From: Zophobihabitans entericus
GTDB taxonomy: Bacteria; Pseudomonadota; Gammaproteobacteria; Enterobacterales; Orbaceae
DNA length: 64,000 nt
Assembly (NCBI RefSeq): GCF_011745665.1
Contig: NZ_CP050253.1
Location: 35,418-99,417 of the forward strand
Reading direction: 5' to 3'
Of this stretch, positions 1 through 9,781 are shown in pieces. The notes under the pieces are model-generated. The model saw only the letters and a list, made by a program, of their open reading frames with translations, made no database searches and was not told the DNA's origin. The position numbers and the translations under genes are program-made. Every line of letters starts with the position of its first letter. Position 1 is the stretch's first letter.

Positions 1-36
1 CCACGTTTCACACGATCCGTACCGACTGTTTTGTTC
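1..36 (-). CDS. Partial CDS (N-terminal 12 aa, MNKTVGTDRVKRG...) running off the left edge. The start resembles pyridoxal 5'-phosphate synthase PdxS.
   Basis: Reverse complement of 1-36 begins ATG AAC AAA ACA GTC GGT ACG GAT CGT GTG AAA CGT GG. 'GTDRVKRG' matches the conserved PdxS/SNZ N-terminus (GTERVKRGMAEM). It is divergent from a MocR-type regulator. Confidence 0.4.
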
Positions 37-144
37 ATCTTATTTTCCTTTTGGTTAAAGTGGATAAATTGATTGTTTTTCATACAAAAAATCTACTTTT
101 TTTATGTTAGATAAAATAATCATTGACAAAAACAGCCAATTGGA

Positions 145-1614
145 TTGTTTTTATACCATCCAATTCTAATTATAGAAAACATCATGTGGAAACTATCTGA
201 TAACCAGCATCTGCCGATTTATCAACAAATCATTAAACTGATTGAACAAAAAATTAATAGCGGCCAGCTGCTGACAGGTGAAAAGCTCCCGGCTGAACGT
301 AAATTGGCTGAGTTACTAGGCGTCAATCGGTCCACTGTTATCAGAGCCTTTGATGAACTGGTAGAAAGAGGTGTGCTGATCCGCAGGCGTGGTAGTGGTA
401 CCACCATCAATCAGGATAAATGGGGTGTCGCTCCGCAGCAAACCACCAACTGGCGTCACTACGTTGATCAGAGCAGTTTTTTACCCGCTTCACCTTATAT
501 CCGTAAAACTCACGTTCTACTCAAAAACCCGGATAATGACATCTTAGACCTGGCCACTGGTGAACTTCCTTTAGACCTGATTCCAGAAATCACCATGCCG
601 TCTTATTCCTGGCGGGATCTGATTGCAGAAGAAAAGAATGAAGAGATCGAAGGTTATTTCCCACTAAGGCAAACAATTCAACACCATCTGCTAAACAGGC
701 AACAAATACTGGCACTTCCGGAGCAAATTCTGATTACCTCTGGTGCCCAACAGGCGTTGTTTATGATTACACAGTGTTTACTGCGCCCAGGAGATACAAT
801 CGCTATTGAATCACCCTCTTATTTGTATGCTCTGCCACTCTTTCAGTCTGCCGGACTGAGAATTGTGGCCCTCCCTATGGACAAAGAAGGTATACAACCT
901 GATGATTTGGAACGGCTGTATCATAAATTTGCTATTAAGATGGTGTTTCTCAATCCGACACTCCAGAATCCAACCGGTCTGATGATGCCACAGCAGCGCA
1001 GGAAAGAGATTATTGCTCTATGTACTAAACTGAATTTACCTATTGTTGAAGATCACTCTTACGCTGAACTAAGCTTCGATCATACAGCTCAGCCGCCAAC
1101 CCTTAAACAGCTCGATCATCAAAATGTACTCTATATTGGATCGCTGTCAAAAGTGATGGGATCAATGACTCGTATTGGCTGGCTGGTGGGTCCTGCTGCA
1201 GTGATTAAACATCTGGCTGAGGCAAGGCAAGAAATGGATTTTGGTTTAAGTATTTTCCCGCAGGTACTGGCAAATCATGTACTAAATAATACGTCCTTCC
1301 ACCAGCATCTCACCAGACTCAGAGATACGCTTAAACACCGGTGTGATGATCTGATTAGCGCTCTGAATAATACTATTCAGGAAGATATTGATTTTGCTAT
1401 TCCGCAAGGTGGGATGCACCTGTGGTGTAAACTCCATCCGTCTTATAACATCACCCGTGTAACACAAAAACTTTTGGAACAAAATATGCTGGTGATGCCA
1501 GCCGGTGTCTTTGGCAGTAAAGAAAATGCCCTGCGCTTAACATTTGCCAGACTTAATAAAGATGTGGCTCAGCTGGCAGCTTTCAGACTGCAACAGGTAC
1601 TAAAAGATCCCTAA
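145..1614 (+). CDS. pdxR: MocR/GntR-family transcriptional regulator with a PLP-dependent aminotransferase-like C-terminal domain. The likely true start is the ATG at 184 (MWKLSDNQ...). It is possibly PdxR, given the divergent pdxS-like start.
   Basis: N-terminal GntR-type winged HTH (LPAERKLAELLGVNRSTVIRAFDELVERGVL). C-terminal fold-type I aminotransferase domain with a SLSKVMG Lys motif. Divergent from the putative pdxS fragment. Confidence 0.6.
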   Translation: MFLYHPILIIENIMWKLSDNQHLPIYQQIIKLIEQKINSGQLLTGEKLPAERKLAELLGVNRSTVIRAFDELVERGVLIRRRGSGTTINQDKWGVAPQQTTNWRHYVDQSSFLPASPYIRKTHVLLKNPDNDILDLATGELPLDLIPEITMPSYSWRDLIAEEKNEEIEGYFPLRQTIQHHLLNRQQILALPEQILITSGAQQALFMITQCLLRPGDTIAIESPSYLYALPLFQSAGLRIVALPMDKEGIQPDDLERLYHKFAIKMVFLNPTLQNPTGLMMPQQRRKEIIALCTKLNLPIVEDHSYAELSFDHTAQPPTLKQLDHQNVLYIGSLSKVMGSMTRIGWLVGPAAVIKHLAEARQEMDFGLSIFPQVLANHVLNNTSFHQHLTRLRDTLKHRCDDLISALNNTIQEDIDFAIPQGGMHLWCKLHPSYNITRVTQKLLEQNMLVMPAGVFGSKENALRLTFARLNKDVAQLAAFRLQQVLKDP

Positions 1615-1792
1615 GCTGCAGCCTGACTGAATATCATAATTGGGTATCAATTATATTTTTTATAAATATTAATAGATGTCGTTTATACGCTAAAGCGCCT
1701 ATAATAGAGAATATCCATTATCTCTCTTGTTATATATTCTTACTAAATTAAATATAACATATTGATTAATAAACAGTTTTTAATTAATATTT

Positions 1793-2131
1793 ATGATAAC
1801 AAAGCATATAAATATATTTCTCTTTTTGCTGCTGACATTTTTTATGTCTGTCGGTCATGCTTTGCCTGTCATTCATTCTTCATCAGGCACGTCTCCTGAG
1901 GATCATCATACTCAGCTAGTCTTCGCACAAAGTAACCATTGTGCTCAGGAACTCTCACCATCTGATAATAACTGCGCTCTGCATTGCATGACCTGTTTCT
2001 CATTATTACCAACTATTGAAGTAACAGTTAATCAACATCATCCACAAATAACCGCAACACCATTTACTGTTTACTGGACACCTAACGAGTTTCTGCCGGA
2101 ACTGCGCCCGCCTAGATCCCATCAACGATAA
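1793..2131 (+). CDS. Small secreted Cys/His-rich hypothetical protein (112 aa) directly upstream of a multicopper oxidase. Possibly metal-related.
   Basis: N-terminal hydrophobic signal peptide. Multiple His and Cys residues (HCAQ...CALHCMTCF). No recognisable family. Confidence 0.4.
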   Translation: MITKHINIFLFLLLTFFMSVGHALPVIHSSSGTSPEDHHTQLVFAQSNHCAQELSPSDNNCALHCMTCFSLLPTIEVTVNQHHPQITATPFTVYWTPNEFLPELRPPRSHQR

Positions 2132-2216
2132 ATTTATTAATATCAAAACAACTATTTAAGGTGATATCCTGAGTAAAACGGATATTTAACACGACTTAAT
2201 TAATAGGACATTTAAT

Positions 2217-3719
2217 ATGAATCGTCGAAATTTTTTAACGCGTCTGGGCGTTTTAGTCAGTACAGCTATCGTCGGGCGAGCTCTGGCTAATTCAGGTCAT
2301 AATATGCCCGCAAATACCGGACATAATATGGGACACATGGGTGGTATGAACTCCATGCAAGGACATATGGGACAAAATAAGCTATTACCTGTTTCAGCCC
2401 TGCCAACAGGCACTCCACTGCCTACGCTCCCATTACTCAAAAATACCAGCCAGCAAGCTAACACTTTTGAGGCAACACTCCATGCCAGACCCATAAAGGT
2501 CACTCTGACACCAGAAATTACTACAGAATTTTGGGCTTACAATGACTCTATTCCGGGGCCATCAATTGAAGTTTTTGAAGGTGATACGATTAAAATTACT
2601 GTCAAAAATGATTTACCACAGCCTACTACCGTTCACTGGCATGGCTTACCAGTACCCGCTGATCAGGATGGTAATCCGCAGGATGAAATCCCGGTTGGTG
2701 GTTCACGCGTCTATACATTTACGCTACCGGAAGGCTGTGCCGGGACTTACTGGTATCACCCGCATGGGCATGAAACAGTAGCAGAACAAGCCTTTAGAGG
2801 GCTGGCTGGTACACTGATTGTCAGAGCTAAAAATGATCCTCTGGTACATCTGCCAGAACAACAGTGGCTGTTCTCCGATCTCAAATTAAATAGTGACGGC
2901 CAAATTGCTGATAACAGTATGATGGATTGGATGAATGGTCGTGAAGGCCAATTCACGCTGTTAAATGGCTCTCATCAGCCAAAAATCACCTTAACAGAAG
3001 CCACCCGAGTTCGGTTATGGAATGCCTGTTCCGGTCGTTATCTAAACCTTAACTTCCCGGGTTGTGACGTACAACTGGTAGGTACCGATGGAGGCCTAAT
3101 GGAAAAGCCTTATGCACTTGAAATTTTACTGCTAAGCCCGGGTGAGCGTGCAGAAGTAATTGTCACACCAATTCAAACTGCAACAGCAATGCTGCAATCT
3201 TTTGCCTATGATCGCGGTAAAATGGGACCAAAAGTGATTGAAATCCCTCGCTTTCTGGCTGAAATGGGACTGACAGAATCAAAAGCACCAACACTTCCGT
3301 CAATACTGCGCCCTCTGCCACAGCTTGGCACTGCTACAGCATCTAAATACCTTGAGTATACTGAAGAGATGAAAATGGGAAGCGGTATGAAGTTCTATAT
3401 CAATGGAAAGTCCCACGATATGGCTCGTATCGATCTAGTCAGTAACGCAGGTGAAGTTGAAGAATGGACAATCTTTAATAACTCCCATATGGATCATAAC
3501 TTCCATATTCATGGTACTCAGTTCACTGTCGTTAATTATGAACTTGATGGCGATAAACGTTTACCAGACTATATTGGGCATAAAGATACCGTTAATCTTA
3601 GACCGTATGAAACTGTACGTATTAAAATTCGTCAGGATCTAAAAGGGCTTCGTATGTATCACTGTCATATTCTGGAACATGAAACGCTTGGTATGATGGG
3701 ACAACTCAACGTTATCTAA
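2217..3719 (+). CDS. Three-domain multicopper oxidase (CueO/CopA-like) with a Tat signal peptide and an N-proximal Met/His-rich region.
   Basis: RRNFLTRLGV twin-arginine signal. The Met/His-rich stretch is GHNMPANTGHNMGHMGGMNSMQGHMG. Copper ligand motifs are HWHG, HPHGH, and HCHILEHETLGMM near the C-terminus. Confidence 0.85.
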   Translation: MNRRNFLTRLGVLVSTAIVGRALANSGHNMPANTGHNMGHMGGMNSMQGHMGQNKLLPVSALPTGTPLPTLPLLKNTSQQANTFEATLHARPIKVTLTPEITTEFWAYNDSIPGPSIEVFEGDTIKITVKNDLPQPTTVHWHGLPVPADQDGNPQDEIPVGGSRVYTFTLPEGCAGTYWYHPHGHETVAEQAFRGLAGTLIVRAKNDPLVHLPEQQWLFSDLKLNSDGQIADNSMMDWMNGREGQFTLLNGSHQPKITLTEATRVRLWNACSGRYLNLNFPGCDVQLVGTDGGLMEKPYALEILLLSPGERAEVIVTPIQTATAMLQSFAYDRGKMGPKVIEIPRFLAEMGLTESKAPTLPSILRPLPQLGTATASKYLEYTEEMKMGSGMKFYINGKSHDMARIDLVSNAGEVEEWTIFNNSHMDHNFHIHGTQFTVVNYELDGDKRLPDYIGHKDTVNLRPYETVRIKIRQDLKGLRMYHCHILEHETLGMMGQLNVI

Positions 3720-3743
3720 TCATTCAGCTAAAGTCGAATCCAA

Positions 3744-3766
3744 AGCGCACTGAGGTGCGCTTTTTT
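3744..3766 (+). terminator. Rho-independent terminator after the multicopper oxidase gene.
   Basis: Hairpin agcgcac-tgag-gtgcgct followed by TTTTTT. Confidence 0.6.
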
Positions 3767-3902
3767 GCCAGTTTAAGATAATCGCTTTAATTCATAATCT
3801 TTACCAATTCAAAGGATTAGAAAATCTCTATTGATTACTTATAGTTATAAGAATATATTCTTACCTGTAACGTAATTTAAAGTTAATATTTGAGAAGTTA
3901 TC

Positions 3903-5696
3903 ATGTCTTTAATTGATCTGTTTCATAAACTGCGCCGATTCGTACATCCTTACAGGTTACTGGTGGTTGCTACCCTATTTCTGACTCTAGTCGGTGCTTT
4001 TACTGCACAGGTTAACGCATGGATACTGCGCTATGCAGTAGATAGTATCAGTGCGATTATCAATCATGGTCAGGGACTCAAAGCAGGTTATACCGTACTG
4101 ATTACGATTACCTGTATTTTGCTCGGTAAAGAGGTGCTCAATACCTTTGTACAATTTGGGCAAAAGTACTTTGGGGAACGCCTGCGTATTCTGGTGGCTC
4201 AGGACTTAGCACAAGCCATGATCGAAAAGATCTTAACTTATCGGGTAACCTTTTATACTGATAACGATAACGAAGCCGGACGACTACAGACCCGAATTGA
4301 CCGCGGTATCGCAAGTCTCACACGCCTCGTACAGATATTTTTTATTGAAATTTTACCACTGTTTGCCAACTCCATCATTGCGCTGATTATGATGTTCTAC
4401 GCTAACTTCTATGTTGGCTTAATCGGACTTTGTATTATCCCGATCTATTTTTATGTCACTCACAGACAGGCACTTAAGCTTGGCAGCTGGCGACGTAAAC
4501 AACGTGATTATCGTGAGACTAAAAGCCAGGGCATCATTAGTATCATTGAATCAATCATGGTGATTAAATCCTTTAACCGTGAGCAACTTGAATCCACTAA
4601 GCAACTAACTCTGCAAAAAGAGTTAACTGATAATCAGATGAAAACCCGTCACATCAGTTTTGTTTTTGATGGCATCAAATCATTTATTGAGCAGTTTGGA
4701 GTAGTACTCATCATTATTCTAACCGCTTTTTTAGTGCTTAATGGTCAGATGACGATCGGGGCTATTATGTTCCATATTTTACTGTTCAGTAACGTATCGG
4801 CACCGATTCGTCAGCTACATCGCATCTATGATGAAATGAATGATGGTCTGATTTATGCCGAAAGTTATTTTCAGATACTGGAAGCAGATAACGAAGCTGA
4901 ACCATCCGGTCAGTATATTAATAAAAACCTCAAAGGTTTATTCGAACTCAAACAGGTTAATTTTACTTATCCAAATGGTAAGCAGGCCCTGCATGATATT
5001 AATATGCGTATCGAACCTAATAAAATTACAGCGTTAGTGGGGCTTTCTGGAGCCGGTAAAAGTACGTTGATTAATCTGTTAGATAAGTTCTATACCCCCG
5101 ATTCCGGACAGATCTATTTAGATGGTGTTGATCTGGCTGAATATGATACTCATTTCCTGCGTGAGAATATTGGCTTAGTGTTACAACGCAACCATATCTT
5201 TAACGGTACAATTGAAGAAAATATCCGCTATGGTAATCCAAATGCCGATTTTGACACTGTGGTCGATGCTGCTAAAAAAGCCTTCATTCACGATCAAATT
5301 ATGCTGCTACCCGAACAGTATCAATCTAAGGCACTGGAACTGTCTGGTGGTCAGCAGCAACGCATCGCCATCGCCAGAATGTTTATTAAAAATCCACCAA
5401 TCATCTTTTTAGATGAACCCACAGCCAGTCTGGATGCTATTGCAACAGAACAGATTAAAAATAGTCTGGACGCGATTAAAAAAGATCGTACAGTGATTAT
5501 TATTTCTCACAGTATTTCCCAAATCATCGATTCTGATTATATCTACGTGATGAAAGACGGCAGACTCATGGAAGGCGGTACGCATGAAGAGCTCTATGAA
5601 CAAAACGGTACTTATAGTGAAATCTTTAACGCTATGGCCAGAAGTTTAAATATTGATAAAATTACTGATAAAATTGGGAAAATTCAAAATAAATAG
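3903..5696 (+). CDS. ABC transporter, fused permease/ATP-binding exporter (MsbA-like, type I exporter half-transporter).
   Basis: N-terminal six-TM region. Walker A is GLSGAGKST, ABC signature is LSGGQQQRIAIAR, Walker B is IIFLDEPTASLD, and the H-loop is present. Confidence 0.85.
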   Translation: MSLIDLFHKLRRFVHPYRLLVVATLFLTLVGAFTAQVNAWILRYAVDSISAIINHGQGLKAGYTVLITITCILLGKEVLNTFVQFGQKYFGERLRILVAQDLAQAMIEKILTYRVTFYTDNDNEAGRLQTRIDRGIASLTRLVQIFFIEILPLFANSIIALIMMFYANFYVGLIGLCIIPIYFYVTHRQALKLGSWRRKQRDYRETKSQGIISIIESIMVIKSFNREQLESTKQLTLQKELTDNQMKTRHISFVFDGIKSFIEQFGVVLIIILTAFLVLNGQMTIGAIMFHILLFSNVSAPIRQLHRIYDEMNDGLIYAESYFQILEADNEAEPSGQYINKNLKGLFELKQVNFTYPNGKQALHDINMRIEPNKITALVGLSGAGKSTLINLLDKFYTPDSGQIYLDGVDLAEYDTHFLRENIGLVLQRNHIFNGTIEENIRYGNPNADFDTVVDAAKKAFIHDQIMLLPEQYQSKALELSGGQQQRIAIARMFIKNPPIIFLDEPTASLDAIATEQIKNSLDAIKKDRTVIIISHSISQIIDSDYIYVMKDGRLMEGGTHEELYEQNGTYSEIFNAMARSLNIDKITDKIGKIQNK

Positions 5697-5722
5697 CGTG
5701 GGAAAAAACTACAGATATTCTG

Positions 5723-5881
5723 ATGAAAGATCCTAAGGCAAAGGTGCTCTGTCCATCCTGCAACAAAAACAATTTAGGCATAATAGATATACCAGCCGAA
5801 AAGAAAGAAGAGTTTGAACGACATATGATATGTGACCTATGTGAGATAGATAACAGATTCAGAATCACATTACCTAAATAG
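5723..5881 (+). CDS. Possible small zinc-ribbon protein (52 aa). It is below the ORF-track size cutoff.
   Basis: ORF MKDPKAKVLCPSCNKNN...MICDLCEIDNRFRITLPK carries a CxxC-x22-CxxC arrangement. The Shine-Dalgarno is weak. Confidence 0.25.
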   Translation: MKDPKAKVLCPSCNKNNLGIIDIPAEKKEEFERHMICDLCEIDNRFRITLPK

Positions 5882-5903
5882 TGATAATCTCCACCATGGC
5901 GGT

Positions 5904-5934
5904 ATAAAAAAACCTGTTCTCAAACAGGTTTTCT
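5904..5934. terminator. Bidirectional rho-independent terminator. It is stronger on the minus strand, downstream of the autotransporter gene.
   Basis: aacctgtt-ctcaa-acaggtt hairpin with an A7 tract on one side and TTCT on the other, which gives a T7 tract on the minus strand. Confidence 0.6.
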
Positions 5935-5969
5935 GATAAACAATTTACATTCGCTTCTTAATACCAGCT

Positions 5970-8588
5970 CTAGAACGCATATTTCAAGCCAAGCAATACA
6001 CGAGAATCTTTATAATCATGCGAACCAATATTGTGTGAAAGATTCAACCAGGCAGAGAAGTTATCATTAAACTGGCCGTTAATCCCGGCTTTTAGCTGGA
6101 ACTGATGACGGCTACCGTTTTGTTCAACTGTAATATCATCCATATTGAATGAGAAGTTAGTCGAGCGCATGATGTAGTTTGTCTCAACGAACGGCTTATA
6201 AGCGATATCGTTATATAATCCTTCCATCATAAAACGCATACCTAAGCGCCCTTCAACCGTATTATCGTGATCATAGCTAATCACGGTACCGTTTTCTTCT
6301 ATGTGACCTTCCGGACGGGCATGCATCCAGATAACCTGAGCATTTGGCTGAATATAATATTTAAAGTCGCTATCACTTTGATCTAACTTAAATACATAAC
6401 CACTTTCCAGAGACATATTCAGACCACGGATTTTGTATGTTTCCGTCATCAGACCTTCACCAGATACTTTATTATCAGTCCAGGCATAGTTGAACCAGCT
6501 ATCAATATACAGGCCAGTTTTCTCTTCATCATTGGCAAACCAGTAACCATAAATACCTAAAGAGTAACCATCAGATGTACCAGTTGAGCGATAACCAGTG
6601 AGCTTGGAATCAGTATGACTACGTGTATAACCATAACCAGCCATTAAACCTAAATGTAGGGTATATTTTTTAGCTAAGGTAAAATGCGCCGCTTCAACAC
6701 CCATTTGAGTGACTAAATAGTTACTGCGATTTTTTAATTGTTCAGAACCACTCAGGTAACTATTACGACCGGCACGTTGATTTAACCAAAATGTAGTAGT
6801 ACGCACGTCTCCGGTAGCAATATCAACGTATTGACGTTCACCTGCACGATCGTTAAATGTTAAATTAAACATCGTATTGCTGGCGACTAAGTTAGTTAAA
6901 TAACTACCTACTTCCGGACGGAAATTAGGATTTTGCAGATCACCACTAGTCAGATACCAGTTATTGCTGCTTGTCGCTACACCATCACCACGGGTAATGT
7001 CGTACTCATAAGCACCAGCAATAATACGACCAGACTTAGTAAATTCGCCATCTGACTGACCTTGTACTTCAATAATCTCAATACCATTTTGAGTCTGTGC
7101 GCCGGTACCACCAATATTATTAATCTTAACAGCAGTCGTTCCTGATGTATCACCAGTGATAACTAATTTATCAGAATCCGACGTATCATCACCAAGCACG
7201 GTATTTAAAGTAATTTTTGCACCATCACCATGATAATCGGTAGTCACTGTCAGTGTTTTAAAGATCCCGTCATCATGATTATAAATTAAAGAGGAATTAT
7301 TCAGGCTAAGTTCTGTCACTGATGAATCACCCATCATCTCCCAGACAGAGTTGCCAGATAAATCAAAGTTAATAGTACCACCATTATTTGTCGCTGCGCC
7401 TTTTAAATAAGATGCACTATTAGCGGCAATATCAATAATGCCTGAGCTGCTAGCCAAAAAGTTACCATAAGCAACAAGACGAGCATTCTGTAACGTAATC
7501 GAGCTATTATTATCAGCAGTCATTGCTGTAATCGCGTTATTTTCTCTGTCATGCCCTAAAAAAGTATCACCATTCAGCGTGATAGAGGAATTGTTTGACG
7601 CTTGTACGTAGTAAGTATTACTAGAAAACTGATCGTCAGAGCTAACAAAGTCAATATAGGTTTTACCATTTGTAACCAATGAGCTGTTTAAAGCAGAGAC
7701 AAGACCTGCCACATTGTTAACATTTTTATCCATTTGAATGGTAATATCAGTATTGTTTAGCTCAATACTGCCCTTATTATAGGCTTCAATTCCGACGGCT
7801 TCTGTGGCATTATCTTTGGCATGAATTGTCAGAAGAAAGTCACCCTCTGATTTGAATTTTCCGCCTTTATTGATACCAACCCCATAAAATGCTGTAACCG
7901 CGTCTTCACCGATAATATTAAGCTCAGTTGAACCTAATAAATTAATTTCACCACTATACGCAATAATAGCTTGTGCATATGTCACATTTTTAGCAGTTAA
8001 ATTAATTAAGCTATCTTCAACAGTCAATGTGACTTTGTCAGAAGGTACGACAGCAGCTGAGGCAGCATTATCTCGAACATAATATGCCATTGCGATATAC
8101 ATATCTTCGACATTGAGTTCATTTTCTGTGAGACCTGTCAATGTGACATGATTAGATGTGACGTTCCCGGATGAAACCGCCGCCACAGTGGAAACATATC
8201 CACTACCACGCATGACGCCGTTATTTGAAGATTCTAAGGAAACATAGAGGTTATCCGCCTGGACAGAAGTGATCAGATTATTAAAACCACTTCTTAGACC
8301 ATAAAGATAATTAGTGCCCATTTCAGTTGCATAGATTTTAGATCCACTACCTAAATCAAGTTGTCCCTGACGAACATGTACTACAGAATCATTGATTTTG
8401 GCCTGACCTTCATTAGCGACAGTAATTGAACCATTATCCTGAATAGAGTGAACGTCAGCACCGGCAACAACGATAGAATCGAGTGTATCATTATTGTCAT
8501 GAACTACGACGGCAGCATGCGAAGGAATACTATAAAGAATAGCAAAAATCGCTATCGCCAGCGGACTTCTCTTTTTTTGATATTTCAA
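5970..8588 (-). CDS. Type Va autotransporter outer-membrane protein (adhesin-like passenger plus C-terminal beta-barrel translocator).
   Basis: Signal peptide (MKYQKKRSPLAIAIFAILYSIPSHA). Long Ser/Thr/Asn/Gly-rich repetitive beta-helical-type passenger. C-terminal beta-domain ending in an aromatic residue (…LGLKYAF). Confidence 0.8.
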   Translation of the reverse strand: MKYQKKRSPLAIAIFAILYSIPSHAAVVVHDNNDTLDSIVVAGADVHSIQDNGSITVANEGQAKINDSVVHVRQGQLDLGSGSKIYATEMGTNYLYGLRSGFNNLITSVQADNLYVSLESSNNGVMRGSGYVSTVAAVSSGNVTSNHVTLTGLTENELNVEDMYIAMAYYVRDNAASAAVVPSDKVTLTVEDSLINLTAKNVTYAQAIIAYSGEINLLGSTELNIIGEDAVTAFYGVGINKGGKFKSEGDFLLTIHAKDNATEAVGIEAYNKGSIELNNTDITIQMDKNVNNVAGLVSALNSSLVTNGKTYIDFVSSDDQFSSNTYYVQASNNSSITLNGDTFLGHDRENNAITAMTADNNSSITLQNARLVAYGNFLASSSGIIDIAANSASYLKGAATNNGGTINFDLSGNSVWEMMGDSSVTELSLNNSSLIYNHDDGIFKTLTVTTDYHGDGAKITLNTVLGDDTSDSDKLVITGDTSGTTAVKINNIGGTGAQTQNGIEIIEVQGQSDGEFTKSGRIIAGAYEYDITRGDGVATSSNNWYLTSGDLQNPNFRPEVGSYLTNLVASNTMFNLTFNDRAGERQYVDIATGDVRTTTFWLNQRAGRNSYLSGSEQLKNRSNYLVTQMGVEAAHFTLAKKYTLHLGLMAGYGYTRSHTDSKLTGYRSTGTSDGYSLGIYGYWFANDEEKTGLYIDSWFNYAWTDNKVSGEGLMTETYKIRGLNMSLESGYVFKLDQSDSDFKYYIQPNAQVIWMHARPEGHIEENGTVISYDHDNTVEGRLGMRFMMEGLYNDIAYKPFVETNYIMRSTNFSFNMDDITVEQNGSRHQFQLKAGINGQFNDNFSAWLNLSHNIGSHDYKDSRVLLGLKYAF

Positions 8589-8772
8589 TTTTCATCCAAC
8601 CCGTTGTTTTTATTATTTAATAGTTTTTATTATTGATTTTGGCCGTAATTATAACATTACTTATACAAAAGTAAAAAAATGGATAGGTATTATTCTTGTT
8701 TTGAAAAGAAATTGAAAAGGTGTTTATTTGCTGAACGCTGGGAGTGTCTTAATTAAAGGAGAATGATAAAAA

Positions 8773-8790
8773 CCCCCAATTAAACCCCCA
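8773..8790 (+). repeat. Copy 1 of the CCCCCAATTAAACCCCCA motif. It lies just outside the island's left junction.
   Basis: Exact 18-mer shared with 17103-17120. There is a near-identical copy at 9095-9112. Confidence 0.7.
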
Positions 8791-9011
8791 AATGATGCAT
8801 CTATTAAGCTGAAAGATGTCTTACTAACTTGGTTAATGGCTTGAGAGCTGTTAGCAAAAGGGATTACTCGTATCATCCTGATACTCGCCCTTTGGGCCGT
8901 TGCGCTGCAACGTTCAAAACTGTTCCCGACAGTTTTGTCAAACCTCCTTCGGAGGTTCTCATCCTCGGTAAACTTCAGGCGTAAAAAAACCTGCATAAAT
9001 GCAGGTTTCTC

Positions 9012-9038
9012 AAAATTGGTCGCGAGAGAGGATTCGAA
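9012..9038. repeat. attL-like direct repeat. It is a partial copy of the tRNA-Pro 3' end and forms the left boundary of the genomic island.
   Basis: aattggtcg-cgagagaggattcgaa matches aattggtcggcgagagaggattcgaa at 17226-17253 with one indel. Confidence 0.7.
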
Positions 9039-9094
9039 TTATTCAATTAACTTATTGTTTTATTTAAATATAAAATAATTAATTTTAGCTAAAA

Positions 9095-9112
9095 CCCCCA
9101 ATAAAACCCCCA
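9095..9112 (+). repeat. Copy 2 of the CCCCCAAT(A/T)AAACCCCCA motif. It lies just inside attL.
   Basis: cccccaataaaaccccca, 17/18 identical to the other two copies. Confidence 0.7.
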
Positions 9113-9173
9113 TTTACTTATTTAATTGAATATTGTGATATAAATCACTCTAAGCGATTAAATAACAGGCAAA

Positions 9174-9386
9174 TTATAGAAGTTCTTTTACATTAACGCT
9201 TAAACCCTTAGCAATAATATTAATCACTTCTAAAGTTGGGTTTCTTATGCCACGCTCAATACCACTAATATAGGTACGATCAAGCCCACACTTATCTGCG
9301 AACGCTTCTTGTGACATTCCCTGCTGTAATCGGAGTTGCCTAACTCTCTGTCCAAAAAGGACTTTTACTTTATCTGACTTTTCCAT
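9174..9386 (-). CDS. XRE-family HTH transcriptional repressor (70 aa), copy 1.
   Basis: Cro/C1-type HTH (LRLQQGMSQEAFADKCGLDRTYISGIERGIRNPTLEVI). About 80% identical to the paralog at 9746-9964. Confidence 0.8.
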   Translation of the reverse strand: MEKSDKVKVLFGQRVRQLRLQQGMSQEAFADKCGLDRTYISGIERGIRNPTLEVINIIAKGLSVNVKELL

Positions 9387-9414
9387 CAGATAAATATCAC
9401 ACTATGTTGATTAT

Positions 9415-9437
9415 TAGACCACGGACTATAAGTCACA
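9415..9437. promoter_or_regulatory. Putative operator (tagaccacggactataagtcaca) upstream of XRE copy 1, in the divergent XRE/Ner control region.
   Basis: The motif contains the palindrome GACTATAAGTC. An almost identical 23-mer recurs upstream of XRE copy 2 at 9993-10015. Confidence 0.5.
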
Positions 9438-9529
9438 TTTTATAAAATTCATGCTATTATGTTACTTATAGTCAACATAGTAAGTTTGACTAGTTAGAGG
9501 ATCTAGCAATTCATTAAGGAGTCATCAAT

Positions 9530-9781
9530 ATGGAAAAAGTAGACTGGCATTCATCAGATATTATTGCAGCATTTAAAAAACTGGATACAAGCCTTGCAGA
9601 GGTATCTCGTGCACAAGGTTATGCACCATCAACCTTAGCAAATGCACTTGTTAGACCATGGCCGAGGGGCGAAAAAATTATTGGGGCTGCTTTAGGGATA
9701 CCACCAGAAGAGATATGGCCGTCCAGATATGCCAGACGGTTAAAGCTAAAACTGAAAAAGCACGTCAAGTTTGACGTTTAA
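9530..9781 (+). CDS. Ner-like (Nlp/SfsB family) DNA-binding protein, divergent from the XRE repressor.
   Basis: DWHSSDIIAAFKKLDTSLAEVSRAQGYAPSTLANALVRPWPRGEKIIGAALGIPPEEIWPSRY closely matches phage Mu Ner and E. coli Nlp. The C-terminal tail of the ORF overlaps the next gene. Confidence 0.8.
   Translation: MEKVDWHSSDIIAAFKKLDTSLAEVSRAQGYAPSTLANALVRPWPRGEKIIGAALGIPPEEIWPSRYARRLKLKLKKHVKFDV

Noticed and set aside
8724-8996. 90-aa minus-strand ORF spanning the attL-proximal hairpin cluster.
   Set aside because: Its ATG lies inside a terminator stem, there is no RBS, and its body is made of palindromic hairpin sequence. It is most likely non-coding.
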